Part shown: one piece after another, positions 50,531 through 62,779 of the stretch | How the letters are laid out: every line of letters starts with the position of its first letter | How positions within the stretch are numbered: position 1 is the first letter of the stretch | Source: Malacoraja senta | Taxonomy: Eukaryota | Assembly: GCA_038087875.1 (NCBI GenBank) | Contig: CM075990.1 | Location: 11,410,001-11,474,000 of the forward strand | Direction: 5' to 3' | DNA: 64,000 nucleotides | Notes under the pieces: generated by a model | Databases searched by the model: none | Told to the model about the DNA's origin: nothing | What the model saw: the letters and a program-made list of their open reading frames with translations, nothing else | Made by a program: the position numbers and the translations under genes

Positions 50531-51802
50531 TCACACCACAACCACCAACATTCTTCCTCACAAATGGACATCACGTTCTCACTGGTTTTCAATTAAAGGA
50601 CAATCATTATTATGAGCCGCTCGGATCTGACAGCAACGCACGATTGCCCCAGTTGCGTTACTGCATTACTTAACTGTTGAAAATTGGCAAATGTGCCACA
50701 CTAATACAACTGTGACTCGCATTGCCGTAGCTTGATGTACGTTGTGCACTGAAGCAGAAGGAACAGTGCAAGGATAGTCAATTCCTGTGATAAAGGACCG
50801 TAAAACAGCCACCGAGGCCGGGAGGTGAACTGATCTAATTCTGCGTTTTCCATTTTTCTGAAACAAGTCCAGTCACACTGGTAACTAGTTGGCTGCACTC
50901 TCCTCTCCCATTCCTGTGAAAGACACTCATAGATTCGTCCTGTCATGTTTTATTATCTCTCTGGATGAGCCAAGGGTTGATAGAAGGACATGAGACATTA
51001 GTAAATAGTGTGAATAACCTGATCTTTTCTGCAGTTGTCACCTTTGATCCCCCCTGAAGCAATGAGAGAGTGGGGAACAAGAATGTTTGATCCGATCAAT
51101 GAAACATCTTGATTCCTCTGCATGGCCTAAGGTTAATCTGTGAGTTAAAGAGAACTGGAAACATGTTTGACCATTTGACAAATAGATGCTCTTTAAGATG
51201 TTTTTTAAGCCCCATTCATGGTCAGAGTCCTTTCCTAGGCTGGTAAATGCAGATTTGTTACCATTTCCTTGCGTTTATGCCCCATCAAGACTGCAGCCTC
51301 CCTGTGAGCACAGGAACAAGAAGACATATTCTCTCTTTGAAGTGACCTGAGGACAAGCAGAATATTGATCGCAATGTATTTGGAGTTAATCTTTATTGAC
51401 AGCCTTTCTCATTAAGTCAGAAGAAACAGTTTATTAATCCCCAGATCTTCAGCGAAATGCTGACTGCACAAAATCTAGCTGCCTCCATAGTCCCAATGGC
51501 CTGACGTATTGGGGTGTTGTGTAAGGAACCGTTCCAAAACCATTGCACAGACATTTCCTAAAGTAGTTTGACTTTGGAGCATCTATAACTTGGGGATTGT
51601 TGTTTCAGAACCAGCATTCGCTGATTTCGGATGGAGATGACAAGGAATTTGTTCTATCCAATGATCTGTGGAGGCAGAGTCAGTGAATATATTCATGGTG
51701 AAGAGCTATTCATGGTGAAGTGTCCACAGACCAATATCCCTTTTAGATTTTCCTTCAAGAGGAGGTTAAAGAGCCAACCTTTCTTTCAATACATAAAAAC
51801 AT

Positions 51803-52460
51803 CTCAAGTTTGCGGACAACACAACCCTGATTGGACTGATCCAGGATGGGGAGGAATCTGCCTACAGACATAAAGTGACACAGCTGGTGTCCTGGTGCCT
51901 TCGTAACAACCTGGAGCTCAAATGCTCTTAAGACAGTGGAATTGATAGTGGACTTTAGGAGAGCTCCCCCTCCCCTCCACCCACTCACCACCACCAACAC
52001 CACAGTCACATCTGTGGAGTCTTTTAAGTTCCTTGGAACCATCATCTCCAAGGACCTGAAATGGGGGGCCACCATCGACTCCAAAGTCAAAAAGGCCCAA
52101 CAGAGGATGTACTTCCTGCTGCAGCTGAGGAAACACAATCAGCCACCAAGCATGACATCCGGAGGCTGCAGCGGATCGTCCGATCAGCTGAGAAGGTTGT
52201 TGGCTGCAACCTTCCCCCCATCGACGAACTGTACACTGCAAGGGCCAGGAAGCGAGCGGGTAAGATCATCTCTGACCCCTCTCACCCTGGCCACAAACTC
52301 TTTGAAGCACTTCCCTCTGGAAGGCGACTCCGGACTGTCAAAGCCGCCACAGCCAGACATAAAAACCATCCACGACTAGTAGCTCTACTCAATAACCAAA
52401 AGTCTGTAGCCTCCTTTTGTTCTGGTATTTTATTTCATTCACATGTTTAAACTATAATGT
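51803..52460 (+). mobile_element. Degenerate Rex1/Babar-type LINE 3' fragment
   Basis: KFADNTTLIG, ELIVDFRR, FKFLG, KKAQQRMYFL and SDPSHPGH..LPSGRR motifs with frameshifts. Confidence 0.85.
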
Positions 52461-52801
52461 CCTTTTTTTTATGACTTTCCTTCATGAGGACGTTAAAAAG
52501 CCAACCTTTCTTCAATACATAAACACACAAGAAATAGGAGCAGGAGTAGGCCAATCAAACCCTCAACCCTGATCAACCATCCGATATGATCATGATGATC
52601 AAGACTTGTTCTCAACGCCACGTTCCCAGTGTAGTTCAATTATCTGTCAACCTCCACCATGTATATGGAGACACCAGGAACTGAAGATGTTGGAATCTTG
52701 AACAAATCACAAAGTGCTGGAGGAACTCAACAGTTCAGACAACATCTGTGAAGGAACTTTGTTACAATTACCGTTTAGTTTATTGCCACGTGCAGAATAA
52801 A

Positions 52802-53843
52802 TAGCAATGTTACAAAATTTTGAGATTTAAAAAATAAAGTCTGCAATTTATCCCATCAGATAAAGCATAAAAAGAAGTTTAATTTGACACTTAATTCACT
52901 TTCATATCTTCAGTATTAAAAAAGTTATGGCCATTATCATACTCAGAAATTAGCATCTAGTTCCCTATTGCTTTTCCATTGACTTAACACAAAAGCTGTG
53001 ATCGAGGACAGTTAAAAGCCCATACCTTTCTTAAAAATTATGATAACTGAAAGAAATTTTCAGTTATTATAGATTGAAGCACTCTGAAACAAATATGAAA
53101 CAATCTTACTTCGAAGACATGAAAGTAAAGCATATAATTAGTTAGTTACCTAATTGTAGCTAATTACAAAATTCAATTACTAGATCTAAATATCTATCAA
53201 TTTCTTAAGAATAGATTAACATTTTTAAATAGCCTAAGGGTCCAAATAACATTCACACAATAATTTACAATATAACATAATTTTTAAATCTCATTTTCAT
53301 GAATTTACAGGCCAAATGGAAGGAATTGAATGTTTAATACCTGTAAATTAATGGGCATTTAAATCATCTTGTGAGTGAGGATTTCTGGAACGCGATCTTT
53401 TGGAACGTTAATTTGCGGTGAATTTAACCCCGTATTGGCATGAAAAATACTGCCGTTAATTCGGGGAATAAAATCACCGTGTCGCATGAAAAAATGTGAA
53501 TTAAAGGCTTCTTAAGGAGAACGTTTATACATTAGAATAAAGCACTTTCGTTTACCTGTCCCGTGTGTGAAATCCGTCCCCGTTATCGGCGTTGACGCTT
53601 CAGGAGCTGCTTTTAAAATGACTCCAGCGCTGACATTGACGATTTAATTTTTTTTTTTAATTCACAAAACGCCGGTAGGAACGATTTGTCTGCCAAGGCT
53701 TGTACTCGAACAAAATATCAACCAGGACAAGGGAGGAGAAACCCTCGTTTTAACCCCGCCCCCCCCTTAAAGACACTAAAATCGCGCACACGGCCAGTGA
53801 CAGAATTACAGCGCGACTGAAGGTAAGTTTTGTAACATACCTA
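52802..53843. mobile_element. Non-autonomous DNA transposon with TAG...CTA termini (hAT-like, superfamily uncertain)
   Basis: 16-bp imperfect TIR (TAGCAATGTTACAAAA vs TAGGTATGTTACAAAA on the opposite strand). GAATAAA on both flanks. It interrupts a LINE 3'-tail fragment. Confidence 0.75.
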
Positions 53844-55857
53844 GAATAAAGGTACAGTAAAAAGCTTTTGTTGTGTGCTATCCAGTCAGCAAAGAGACAA
53901 TACATAATTACAATCAAGCCATTTACAGTGTATGGATACATGATCAGGGAACAACATTTAGTACAAGGTTAAGCCAGTTTTTCATAAGATTCCAACATCT
54001 GCAGATTGTTTCTCATAAGATTCTAACATCTGCAGTTCCCTGTGTAATAGCCTCCATAGATATTGGCCTGACCCACTGAGTTCTTCCAGCACTTTGTCAT
54101 TTGTTCAAGATTCCAACATCTGCAGTTCCTTGTCTATCTCCATATACATGGTGGAGATAGACAGATAATTGAACTACACGGGGAAGGTGGCGTGAGACCA
54201 AGTCTAGATCATCATTATCATATCGGATGGTTGATCTGGGTTGAGGGTCTGTTTGGCCTACTCCTGCTCATATTTCTTGTGTGTTTATGTATTGAAGAAA
54301 GGTTGGCTTTTTAACACCCTAATGAAGGAAAGTCATGAAAAAAGGACATCTTTTGAGATTGGATTGATTGGCTTGGACTCATTCCTGGCTGAGAGGGGTT
54401 AATAATGACCCAAGCATTACCCTGACAATCCAATATTTAAGGCTGCCATTGTTGATCCTAATTTTTAATCCCAGAGTTATTTAATTAATTGAATTAGTAT
54501 TCCCCAGCTTCTGTGTTGGGACTTACACTTGTCACCGATCATTGGGCCAGGTCTCTGGCTACTGATCTACTCAATTATCCACTACACTTCTGTACCTGCT
54601 ACACTGAGAATAAATCTCCCCCAGAGAACGCAAAGTTCATTCTATACCCCAGAAGACTAATTGAATTGTAAAAATATATTTTTAAAGAGCATTGATTTTT
54701 TTCGCCACCTACTGTAATTTGACCCATTATCCATATCTAATTAGGAATTTCACTTAGAAAGGCTGCTCATTTAGTTGGCGTAAGAAATTAGTATTAGGCA
54801 GCCCCTGGAAAAGCAATCAAGAGACATTTTGTAAAGCAGCTCAACTGTTTGAGAAAATCCGTAGAACGTATTTATTTCTAAAACATAAACTGAACATCAA
54901 AGGAAAACTCCCTGAAATATTCATTCCAATAAGAACATAGTTAGCCTTTCCATTGTTAGTGTCAGCCTTTGATGGATGGCCCATCACTTTAATACCGAGA
55001 CTCTCTTATCTACAGTTTAGAGACATCCCCTTTATAATTTGATAATTTCCCAGAGTGATCATAAAGGTTTGAAGTGGAGACTGTTATTTGCTGCCCCTGA
55101 TATTGTTTATAAAATCATTCATTTCTCATTCATCCTTGGATTCCAATTAACTGTAAAGCAAGTTCAAATACAAACTCTAATCTCTGATTCCATAAGAATG
55201 AGATCTGGAGTGTGCCTGTGAATACAATTGGATTTTTATTACTGCAAGTCTTGTTATTAGAGAGAGATGTTCTCTTTTGCTCTGCCCCCGATAGAAAATG
55301 TACATATTCAGCTCTTAATTTGATCAATTGAAAGCCTCTGTCACTGGACTGGCAGCATTAGTATACAGAGTCAATTGGAGCCTTCAAGCTGGAATTAGAT
55401 AAACACTTTTAATAATAATAAATAATATTACAATAAATTTCCATTCAAGAATAAATGCTTAATGGAGAAAAATAATACCTGAGAGGCTGGGAGGAAAATG
55501 TATAAACAGAACAAACTAGGGGGCTTTTTGAAATTGCCAACAAAGGCTCAAAGGGCCGAATAGTCTCAGATTCCTCTCAATGATTCTATTTAAAATGCTG
55601 ATTTTTCAACTCATCTGAGAGGATGATCATAGTAAGAGAAGTCTCGTTGTGGGGGGATTCCTGTTGATTGGAGTTAGTGTAGGAAGGAACTTCAGATGCT
55701 GGTTTACAAACTGCTGTAGTGACTCGACGGGTCGGGCAGCATCTCTGGAGAAAAGGAATAGGTGATGTTTCATCAGACTGAGAGTCAGGGAGGGGGAAAC
55801 TAGAGGTATGAGAAGGTACAGAAGAAAGCAGAGTCTGCACCGATGACTCAGGAAAGG

Positions 55858-56382
55858 TGCCATAGAGGGAGTGCAGAGAAGGTTCACCAGACTGATACCG
55901 GGGATGTCAGGACTGTCTTATGAAGAAAGATTGGATAGACTTGGTTTATACTCTCTAGAATTTAGGAGATTGAGAGGGGATCTTATAGAAACTTACAAAA
56001 TTCTTAAGGGGTTGGACAGGCTAGATGCAGGAAGATTGCTCCCGATGTTGGGGAAGTCCAGGACAAGGGGTCACAGCTTAAGGATAAGGGGGAAATCCTT
56101 TAAAACCGAGATGAGAAGAACTTTTTCAAAACAGAGAGTGGTGAATCTCTGGAACTCTCTGCCACAGAGGGTAGTCGAGGCCAGTTCATTGGCTATATTT
56201 AAGAGGGAGTTAGATGTGGCCCTTGTGGCTAAAGGGATCAGAGGGTATGGAGAGAAGGCAGGTACGGGATACTGAGTTGGATGATCAGCCATGATCATAT
56301 TGAATGGCGGTGCAGGCTCGAAGGACCGAATGGCCTACTCCTGCACCTAATTTCTATGTTTCTATGTTTCTATGTTTCTATG
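55858..56382 (+). mobile_element. Young CR1/HER1-like LINE 3' end
   Basis: Open ORF2 C-terminus almost identical to 23931-24335, with (TTCTATGT)n tail. Confidence 0.92.
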
Positions 56383-57121
56383 TGAAGCCCACAATGGTCC
56401 ATTGTTGGCTGGGGACAGGGTGGTAACGAAGAAATACAAATGATGACATTAGCAGAGACATTTTCTACAGAGATGCTGTCTGACCCGATGAGTTGATTGG
56501 AATTAGTGGGCTGTTTGGAGCATTAGGTCTATTCACTGGCAACCACACCACCCTATAAACGAGATGGGGTTAGGAGGGAGAGATAGATCAGCCATGATTG
56601 AATGGCAGAATAGACTTAATGGGCCAAATGGCCTAATTCTGCTCCTATCACTTATGTAGGGTGAGGCAAGATGACACAGGAGACTGCGGAAGATGGAATC
56701 TTGAGCAAAAAAAAAGGTGCTGGCAAAACTCAGTGGGACAGGCAGCATCTGGGTAGACGATGTTTTGAATTACTACATGCCAGGTAGTGAAGGGACTCCC
56801 ATGGAAGTGTCGGACGAGGGCCTTCCAAATTTTTAATGATGTAAAACAAATTTTTTTTCATGCTACATGATTTGGTGGAGAAATTCTTGCATGTGTTTAA
56901 TGCCTTTGTCCTTTAGGTTAAAGGCAACTGAATCACCCTACCACAACCAGAGAGCAGTGCTGAACTAATGTCGATCTCATTGGTGATCCTCGGACTATCC
57001 TTGATTGGACTTTGCTGGTTTTACCTTGCACTAAACGTCATTCCCTTATCATAGATCGATTGTAATCATGTAATGTCTGTTGTCTATTGTCTTTCTGCTG
57101 ACTGGATAGCATGCAATACAA

Positions 57122-57340
57122 TGTGTAGGAAGGAACTGCAGATGCTGGTTTAAACCGAAGATAGACACAAAATGCTGGAGAAACCCAACGGGACAGGCAG
57201 CATCTCTGGAGAGAAGGAATGGGAGACATTTCGGGTCGAGACCCGAGAAGAACCGAGAAGGGTCGAGACCCGAAATGTCACCCATTCCTTCTCTCCAGAA
57301 ATGCTGCCTGTCCCGCTGAGTTACTCCAGCATTTTGTGTC
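57122..57340. mobile_element. Inverted Penelope-like repeat inserted in a Rex1-type 3' UTR (approx. 56930-57405)
   Basis: Arms meet at 'tttcgggtcgagacccgagaagaaccgagaagggtcgagacccgaaa'. Confidence 0.78.
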
Positions 57341-57425
57341 TAGCACGCAACAAAAGCTTTGCACTTTACCTGGGTACACGTGACAATAAACTAAACTGAA
57401 CTGAATTAAACAGAATTATAGAGGT

Positions 57426-57573
57426 GTTAAAGAAGGAACTGCAGATGCTGGAAAATCGAAGGTACACAAAAATGCTGGAGAAACTCAGCGGGTGCAGCAG
57501 CATCTATGGAGCGAAGGAAAGACACCATAGATGTCTTCGCTCCATAGATGCTGCTGCACCCGCTGAGTTTCTC
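57426..57573. mobile_element. Palindromic Penelope-like insertion with a different centre
   Basis: Same young subfamily. 15-bp duplication CAGAATTATAGAGGT at 57411-57425 and 57574-57588. Confidence 0.82.
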
Positions 57574-58889
57574 CAGAATTATAGAGGTAATGAGTTTGGG
57601 TTGTGGTGTCAAATAAACCTGAGGTACATTATGTAGATTGTACGCAGTCTAACACTAAGTTAATGAAGTATTGGGATGAAAGTCCAAGGTATGAATGGGC
57701 TTCCCTCTGTATCTTGGCGGTGTTTAGCTTCTCAAGCAGTGCTGGATATGTACTCATCTGGACAACCAGATGTACAACCAGATGTACTCAACTGGACAAC
57801 CAGATGAGTATGTGGAAATTCCATCATATTTCTTGACTTAACCTTAATGAAGGCTTTGGCGAGTAAGTAGTCTAATACTTATCGCATGATCCAGACTCTG
57901 ACCTGTTTTGTAGCTCGTGATTTATGTAGTTTGACTGTTAATAGATCTTGAGTTGCACATAAGCACAACACAACAAAAGTCATGAAGAGTGGAGTTAGGA
58001 GTAAAAAATCCTACCAATAAATGTTTGTCCTCATAGCATGGAGCATCATGTACCAATTATATGCAGTCAATTTAGTTTAAGTTTTGCCTACAGAAAAGAA
58101 TACTCACTAATTAAGCTTGTTCCAATGCCACTGCATTGAGATAACCATATAAGTAAATGGGAAATTTAATTGTATCAAACGTACATTAGAGAAGATTGAA
58201 ATATTCTCCTAGGCTGCATGCATTACCCATCAGCATTCACGAAGATTAATATTTCATTAAAATTAAATTTCCATGATGGTTTTAAAAGACCTTTTTTTGG
58301 AAGATAATATTGGATTTAAAGTAAAAATTATACAGCAATAACTCTTAAAAAATTCCCATATCTCTAAGCTGAATTCACACTGGTGAGATTCCTTCTGTTT
58401 AATTTCTTCTCAAGGTGGCTGGTAGCAATAAACAGTCTTTCCTATTCTGTTCTCATTATTATCCCATTATTAAGAGGATAAAATTCTTACTTGGATTGTT
58501 GGCTGACCAATGTAAGATTGTAATTAAAAAATAAAATCCTTGCTCCTGTGCCCAGGTATCACATGCAAGGCCGCACACCAGTGATCAGATACTGTTGAGA
58601 TGTAAGTGACCTAATTGGGATCTTTAATGGTACCGAGCCATGACCGCATTCTAATAAACCCTCTGGACCTAAAAATTAAATTTATGCCAAGCTTTATAAT
58701 TCCTTCTCATAAATATTTCAAAGATACACCTTTATTCTTTGAAAAGTTTATGATATTTTCACTTCTTGTACATGTTCCCATTTTTATTTTGCTACGTGGT
58801 CAAGGTATTAGCTAAATCGTTTATTTTTCCTTCCCGTTTTGTTGCCCCGTGAGAATTCCTCAGTGTTCAACTTGCCCAGAGTAGGGGAA

Positions 58890-59180
58890 TCGAGGAAATA
58901 GATTCAAGGTGAAGGGGAAAAGATTTAATAAGAATCTGAGGGGTAACTTTTTCACACAAAGGGTGGTGGGTGTATGGAACAAGCTGCCAGAGGAGGTAGT
59001 TGATGCTGGGACTATCCCAACATTTCAGAAACAGTTAGACAGGAACATGGATAGGACAAGTTTGGAGGGATATGGACCAAGCGCAACCAGGTGGGACTAG
59101 TGTAGTTGGGACATGTCGGCCAGTGTGGGCAAGTTGGGCCAAAGGGCCTGTTTCCACACTGTATCACTCCATGACTCTAA
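58890..59180 (+). mobile_element. CR1 LINE 3' end (GACTCT-tail subfamily, probable SINE partner)
   Basis: KGKRFNKNLRGNFFTQRVVGVWNKLPEEVV. The 3' UTR shares 'gggcc.aagggcctgtttcc..ctgtat' with the SINE tail. Confidence 0.85.
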
Positions 59181-59480
59181 GCCTCTAAGCCAACTTTACC
59201 TGAGTAGTAGGTTTTGAGGGCAGAGAAAAATAAATACACTTGCAAAGTGTTAATAACGACCGTCCCGGAACAGAAGACCAGAGAGCATTTTCAGTTTGAA
59301 CAAGGCACACAAGAGCCAATGGTCTGTGAAATTTTCTGAAAATGTGAGTAGAATATAAGCAAAGACGTTGATAACAACTTAATTGGAAGTTTGCTCTCCG
59401 GTGTTTGTTCACTGAATTATGAATCAAGAATTGTTTTGTGAAGCCATCATTGGCAATTAAACTGTGAAATACAAACTATA

Positions 59481-59544
59481 GTCTCCTTCGCTCCATAGAT
59501 GCTGCTGCACCCGCTGAGTTTCTCCAGCATTTTTGTGTACCTCC
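59481..59544 (+). mobile_element. Minimal single-arm insertion of the young Penelope-like subfamily
   Basis: 64 bp matching the palindrome arm. 14-bp duplication AAATACAAACTATA at 59467-59480 and 59545-59558. Confidence 0.8.
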
Positions 59545-62011
59545 AAATACAAACTATAACTGGACTTTCATGAGATAAAGAATCACAGTGCCAAAGTAGT
59601 TTTCTCAAAACCTGGATATTTTCAGTGGGGAGTTGACTTGCTTTGAAGGAATCCAAAGTCTTGGAGACTGAATAAATTGAAAACATCAAGACAGCAGCCA
59701 TTTGGTTGGAATGAGATTAGGAACAATGAGTCCATTCTGAAACATCTCCCTTGGCATCCAACGCACCATCAGCGGGGCGGAAGAGATAACTGTTTCTATG
59801 GTGATAAGAGATAAGTAGACGCCGGGGCTAAAACAGTGAAAAACCTATCACGAGACCATGTGTGAGAAATCTGTCCGGCAGCAATCAGTCCCACACCACT
59901 TTGCATTTGAGCAGTGCTGCTGGAGTCTGAGGAATCACAATATTCTGTTAGATTAGCTAAGAATATGTAAGACAAGAATGGCCTAATTCTGCTCCTATAC
60001 CTTATGAACATGAACTTATGAACTAAGGATTGTTCAACATGGCCATGGAGATCGATAAGACTAGAGACCTAAACATTTGACAAGGAAAAAGAAAAGCTTT
60101 GTTTCAGGAACACAAGGAATATTTGGAACCCACGCAGGGGTCCTGATCCTAGACATCCAGAAGGAAGCTTTGATGTTCTACCTTTCCATCCCAAAAGATG
60201 AAGTAACTCTTCTAATATCGATCTCCATGGCCTCCATGTTGAACAATCCTTAGTTCATAAGTTCATGTTCAGGAGGTATAGGAGCAGAATAAGGCCATTC
60301 GGCCCATCAAGTCTGCTCCGCCATTCAATCATGGCTGATCTATCTTTCTCTCTCAACCCCATTCTCCTGCCTTCTCCCCATAACTTCTGACATCCGTACC
60401 AATCAAGTATCTATCAATCTCCGCCTTAAAAATATCCTTTGACTTGGCCTCCACAGCCGTCTGTGGCAATGAATTAGTATTCCCCAAAGAATAATAGATG
60501 GTGTCAGTCTTTTCCCCAGGGGAGGGGAATCTAAAACTAGAAGGCATGTGTTTTTGTTGAGAGGGGAACATTTTAAAGAGGACCGGTGAGGAACATTATG
60601 GGGGTTAGGTATGTGGAATAACTCGTCAGAGGAAGCAGTAGAGTGGAGTACAAGTACAGGATATGAGACGTTTAAAAAAGTATATGCGCCAAAAGCAGGC
60701 AAATGGGATTAATTTAGGAAGGCACCTTGGTTTGTCAAGAGAGTCAAAAGTCACATATTGTCATATGTGCCAGATAGTTCTAGGGGCAGGTGGAATCAAG
60801 GGATATGGGGCGAAGGCAGGCACGGGTTATTGATTGGGGACGATCAGCCATGATCACAATGAATGGCGGTGCTGGCTCGAAGGGCCGAATGGCCACCTCC
60901 TGCACCTATTTTCTATGTTTCTATGTTTCTATAGAACAATGAAATTCTTACTTGCAGCAGCACAACAGAATATATAAATATAATACACTGTAAACAACAT
61001 AATAAATAAGGAATAAAAAGTTCAGTGTGTGTACACATAAAAAACAAACACTTAATAATAGTGCAATCATAACAATGATAGTCGATGTAGTTCGGAGCTT
61101 ATTGGAGGCTGTTGTGTTTAATAGCATAATGGCTGTAGGGAAGAAGCTGTTCAAGAACCTGGATGTTACAGTTTTCAGGCTCCTGTACCTTGGTAATGGT
61201 TAGCATGGGCTAGTTGGGTCGAAGGGTCTGCTTCCCTACTTTATAATACTCACATAACTTTCTGACTCAAGGACTTATATAACTGAGATGAGTGTGTCTG
61301 AACTAATGACGAGCTTGGCACTCTCTGTTAGCTCCAGCTCGCATACATGTGCTTGGAAGCCACGCAAACTCCCCCTCTCCTTTTAATGGGATCACAGTAT
61401 TGGACTCTGTATTTTCAAATTTCACATATGCTTCCAAGAGGAGGACCAAAAAGGAAAAAACCCTGGAGCCATATATAATGCTCGAGGAACCCGGAGAGCT
61501 TTAGAGCCATTTTAGAATCATTCTCCTTAACGTTTTACAAGCTGATGTAGATGGAACAATGAACAGGCAAGGAAGCCATAAAGATTAAGATTCATTTACT
61601 GTAATATGGTTCTTTAATAGCAAGGGAAATCATTGTTGTATTGACTAATCCTGCCACTTAAACTATAACATTAATAAAAAATTTATATTTCCGTATAATG
61701 TTGCAATATCATTATCCACCTGTAACAAACCCTTGCTCGCAATGTTTCATGTCCTTATGCAATATAATCATTGAGGAGAAGGCTAGACAGTCCGTGCTCC
61801 AGAAAACTAAGCATAAAATCTAATGCTAACACTCCAATGTCGGTCATAAGGTCATAAGTGATAGGAGCAGAATGAGGCCATTCGGTCCATCAAGTCTACT
61901 CCACCATTCAATCATGGCTGATCTATCTCTCTCTGCTGACTCCATTCTCCTGCCTTCTCTCCGTCACCCCTGACACCCGCAACCCCAGTGGTGTGGGTGC
62001 AGTACTGACGG

Positions 62012-62548
62012 ACAATAGACAATAGGTGCAGGAGCAGGCCATTCGGCTCTTCAAGCCAGTACCGCCATTCAATGTGATCATGGCTGATCATCCACAATCA
62101 GTACCCCGTTCCTGCCTTCTCCCCATATCCCTTGACTCCACAATCTTTAAGATTTCTATCCAACTCTCTCTTGAAAGCATACAGAGAATTGGCCTCCTCT
62201 GCCTTCTGAGGCAGAGAATCCCACAGATTCACAACCCTTTGTGTGAAAAAGTTTTTCCTCATCTCCGTTCTAAATGGCTTAACCCCTTATTCTTAAACTG
62301 TGGCCCCTGGTTCTGGACTCCCCCAACATCAGGAACATGTTTCTTGCATCTAACGTGCCCAAACCCATAATAATCTTATACATTTCAATAAGATAGCCTC
62401 TCATCCTAAATTCCAGAGAATACAAGCCCAGCCACTCTATTCTATCAACATATGTCAGTCCCGCCATTCCAGGAATTAACCTCGTGAACCTACGCTGCAC
62501 TCCCTCAATAGCAAGAATGTCCTTCCTCAAATTTGGAGACGAAAACTG
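62012..62548 (-). mobile_element. CR1 LINE 3' end
   Basis: Minus-strand RKDILAIEGVQRRFTRLIPGMAGL.. and (ACAATAG)n tail on the plus strand. Confidence 0.88.
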
Positions 62549-62779
62549 ATGTCATCTTTTGAATGAGTATTCAATGGAAGCATCTTCCGCGTTCCCACGT
62601 CACTGGGAAAATTACCTGCCGTGTTCCCTCATTAAAATACTAGCCACGCCTCCAGGGCGGTAAAATGCTCTGGGCTGATCTGATACATTAAAAGTGCTCT
62701 AATCGCCTACCAGCCTGTGCACACAATATGATTGATAACACGTTCATTAACTGCTTGAGATTAGTTTTCTGTGGTATAC

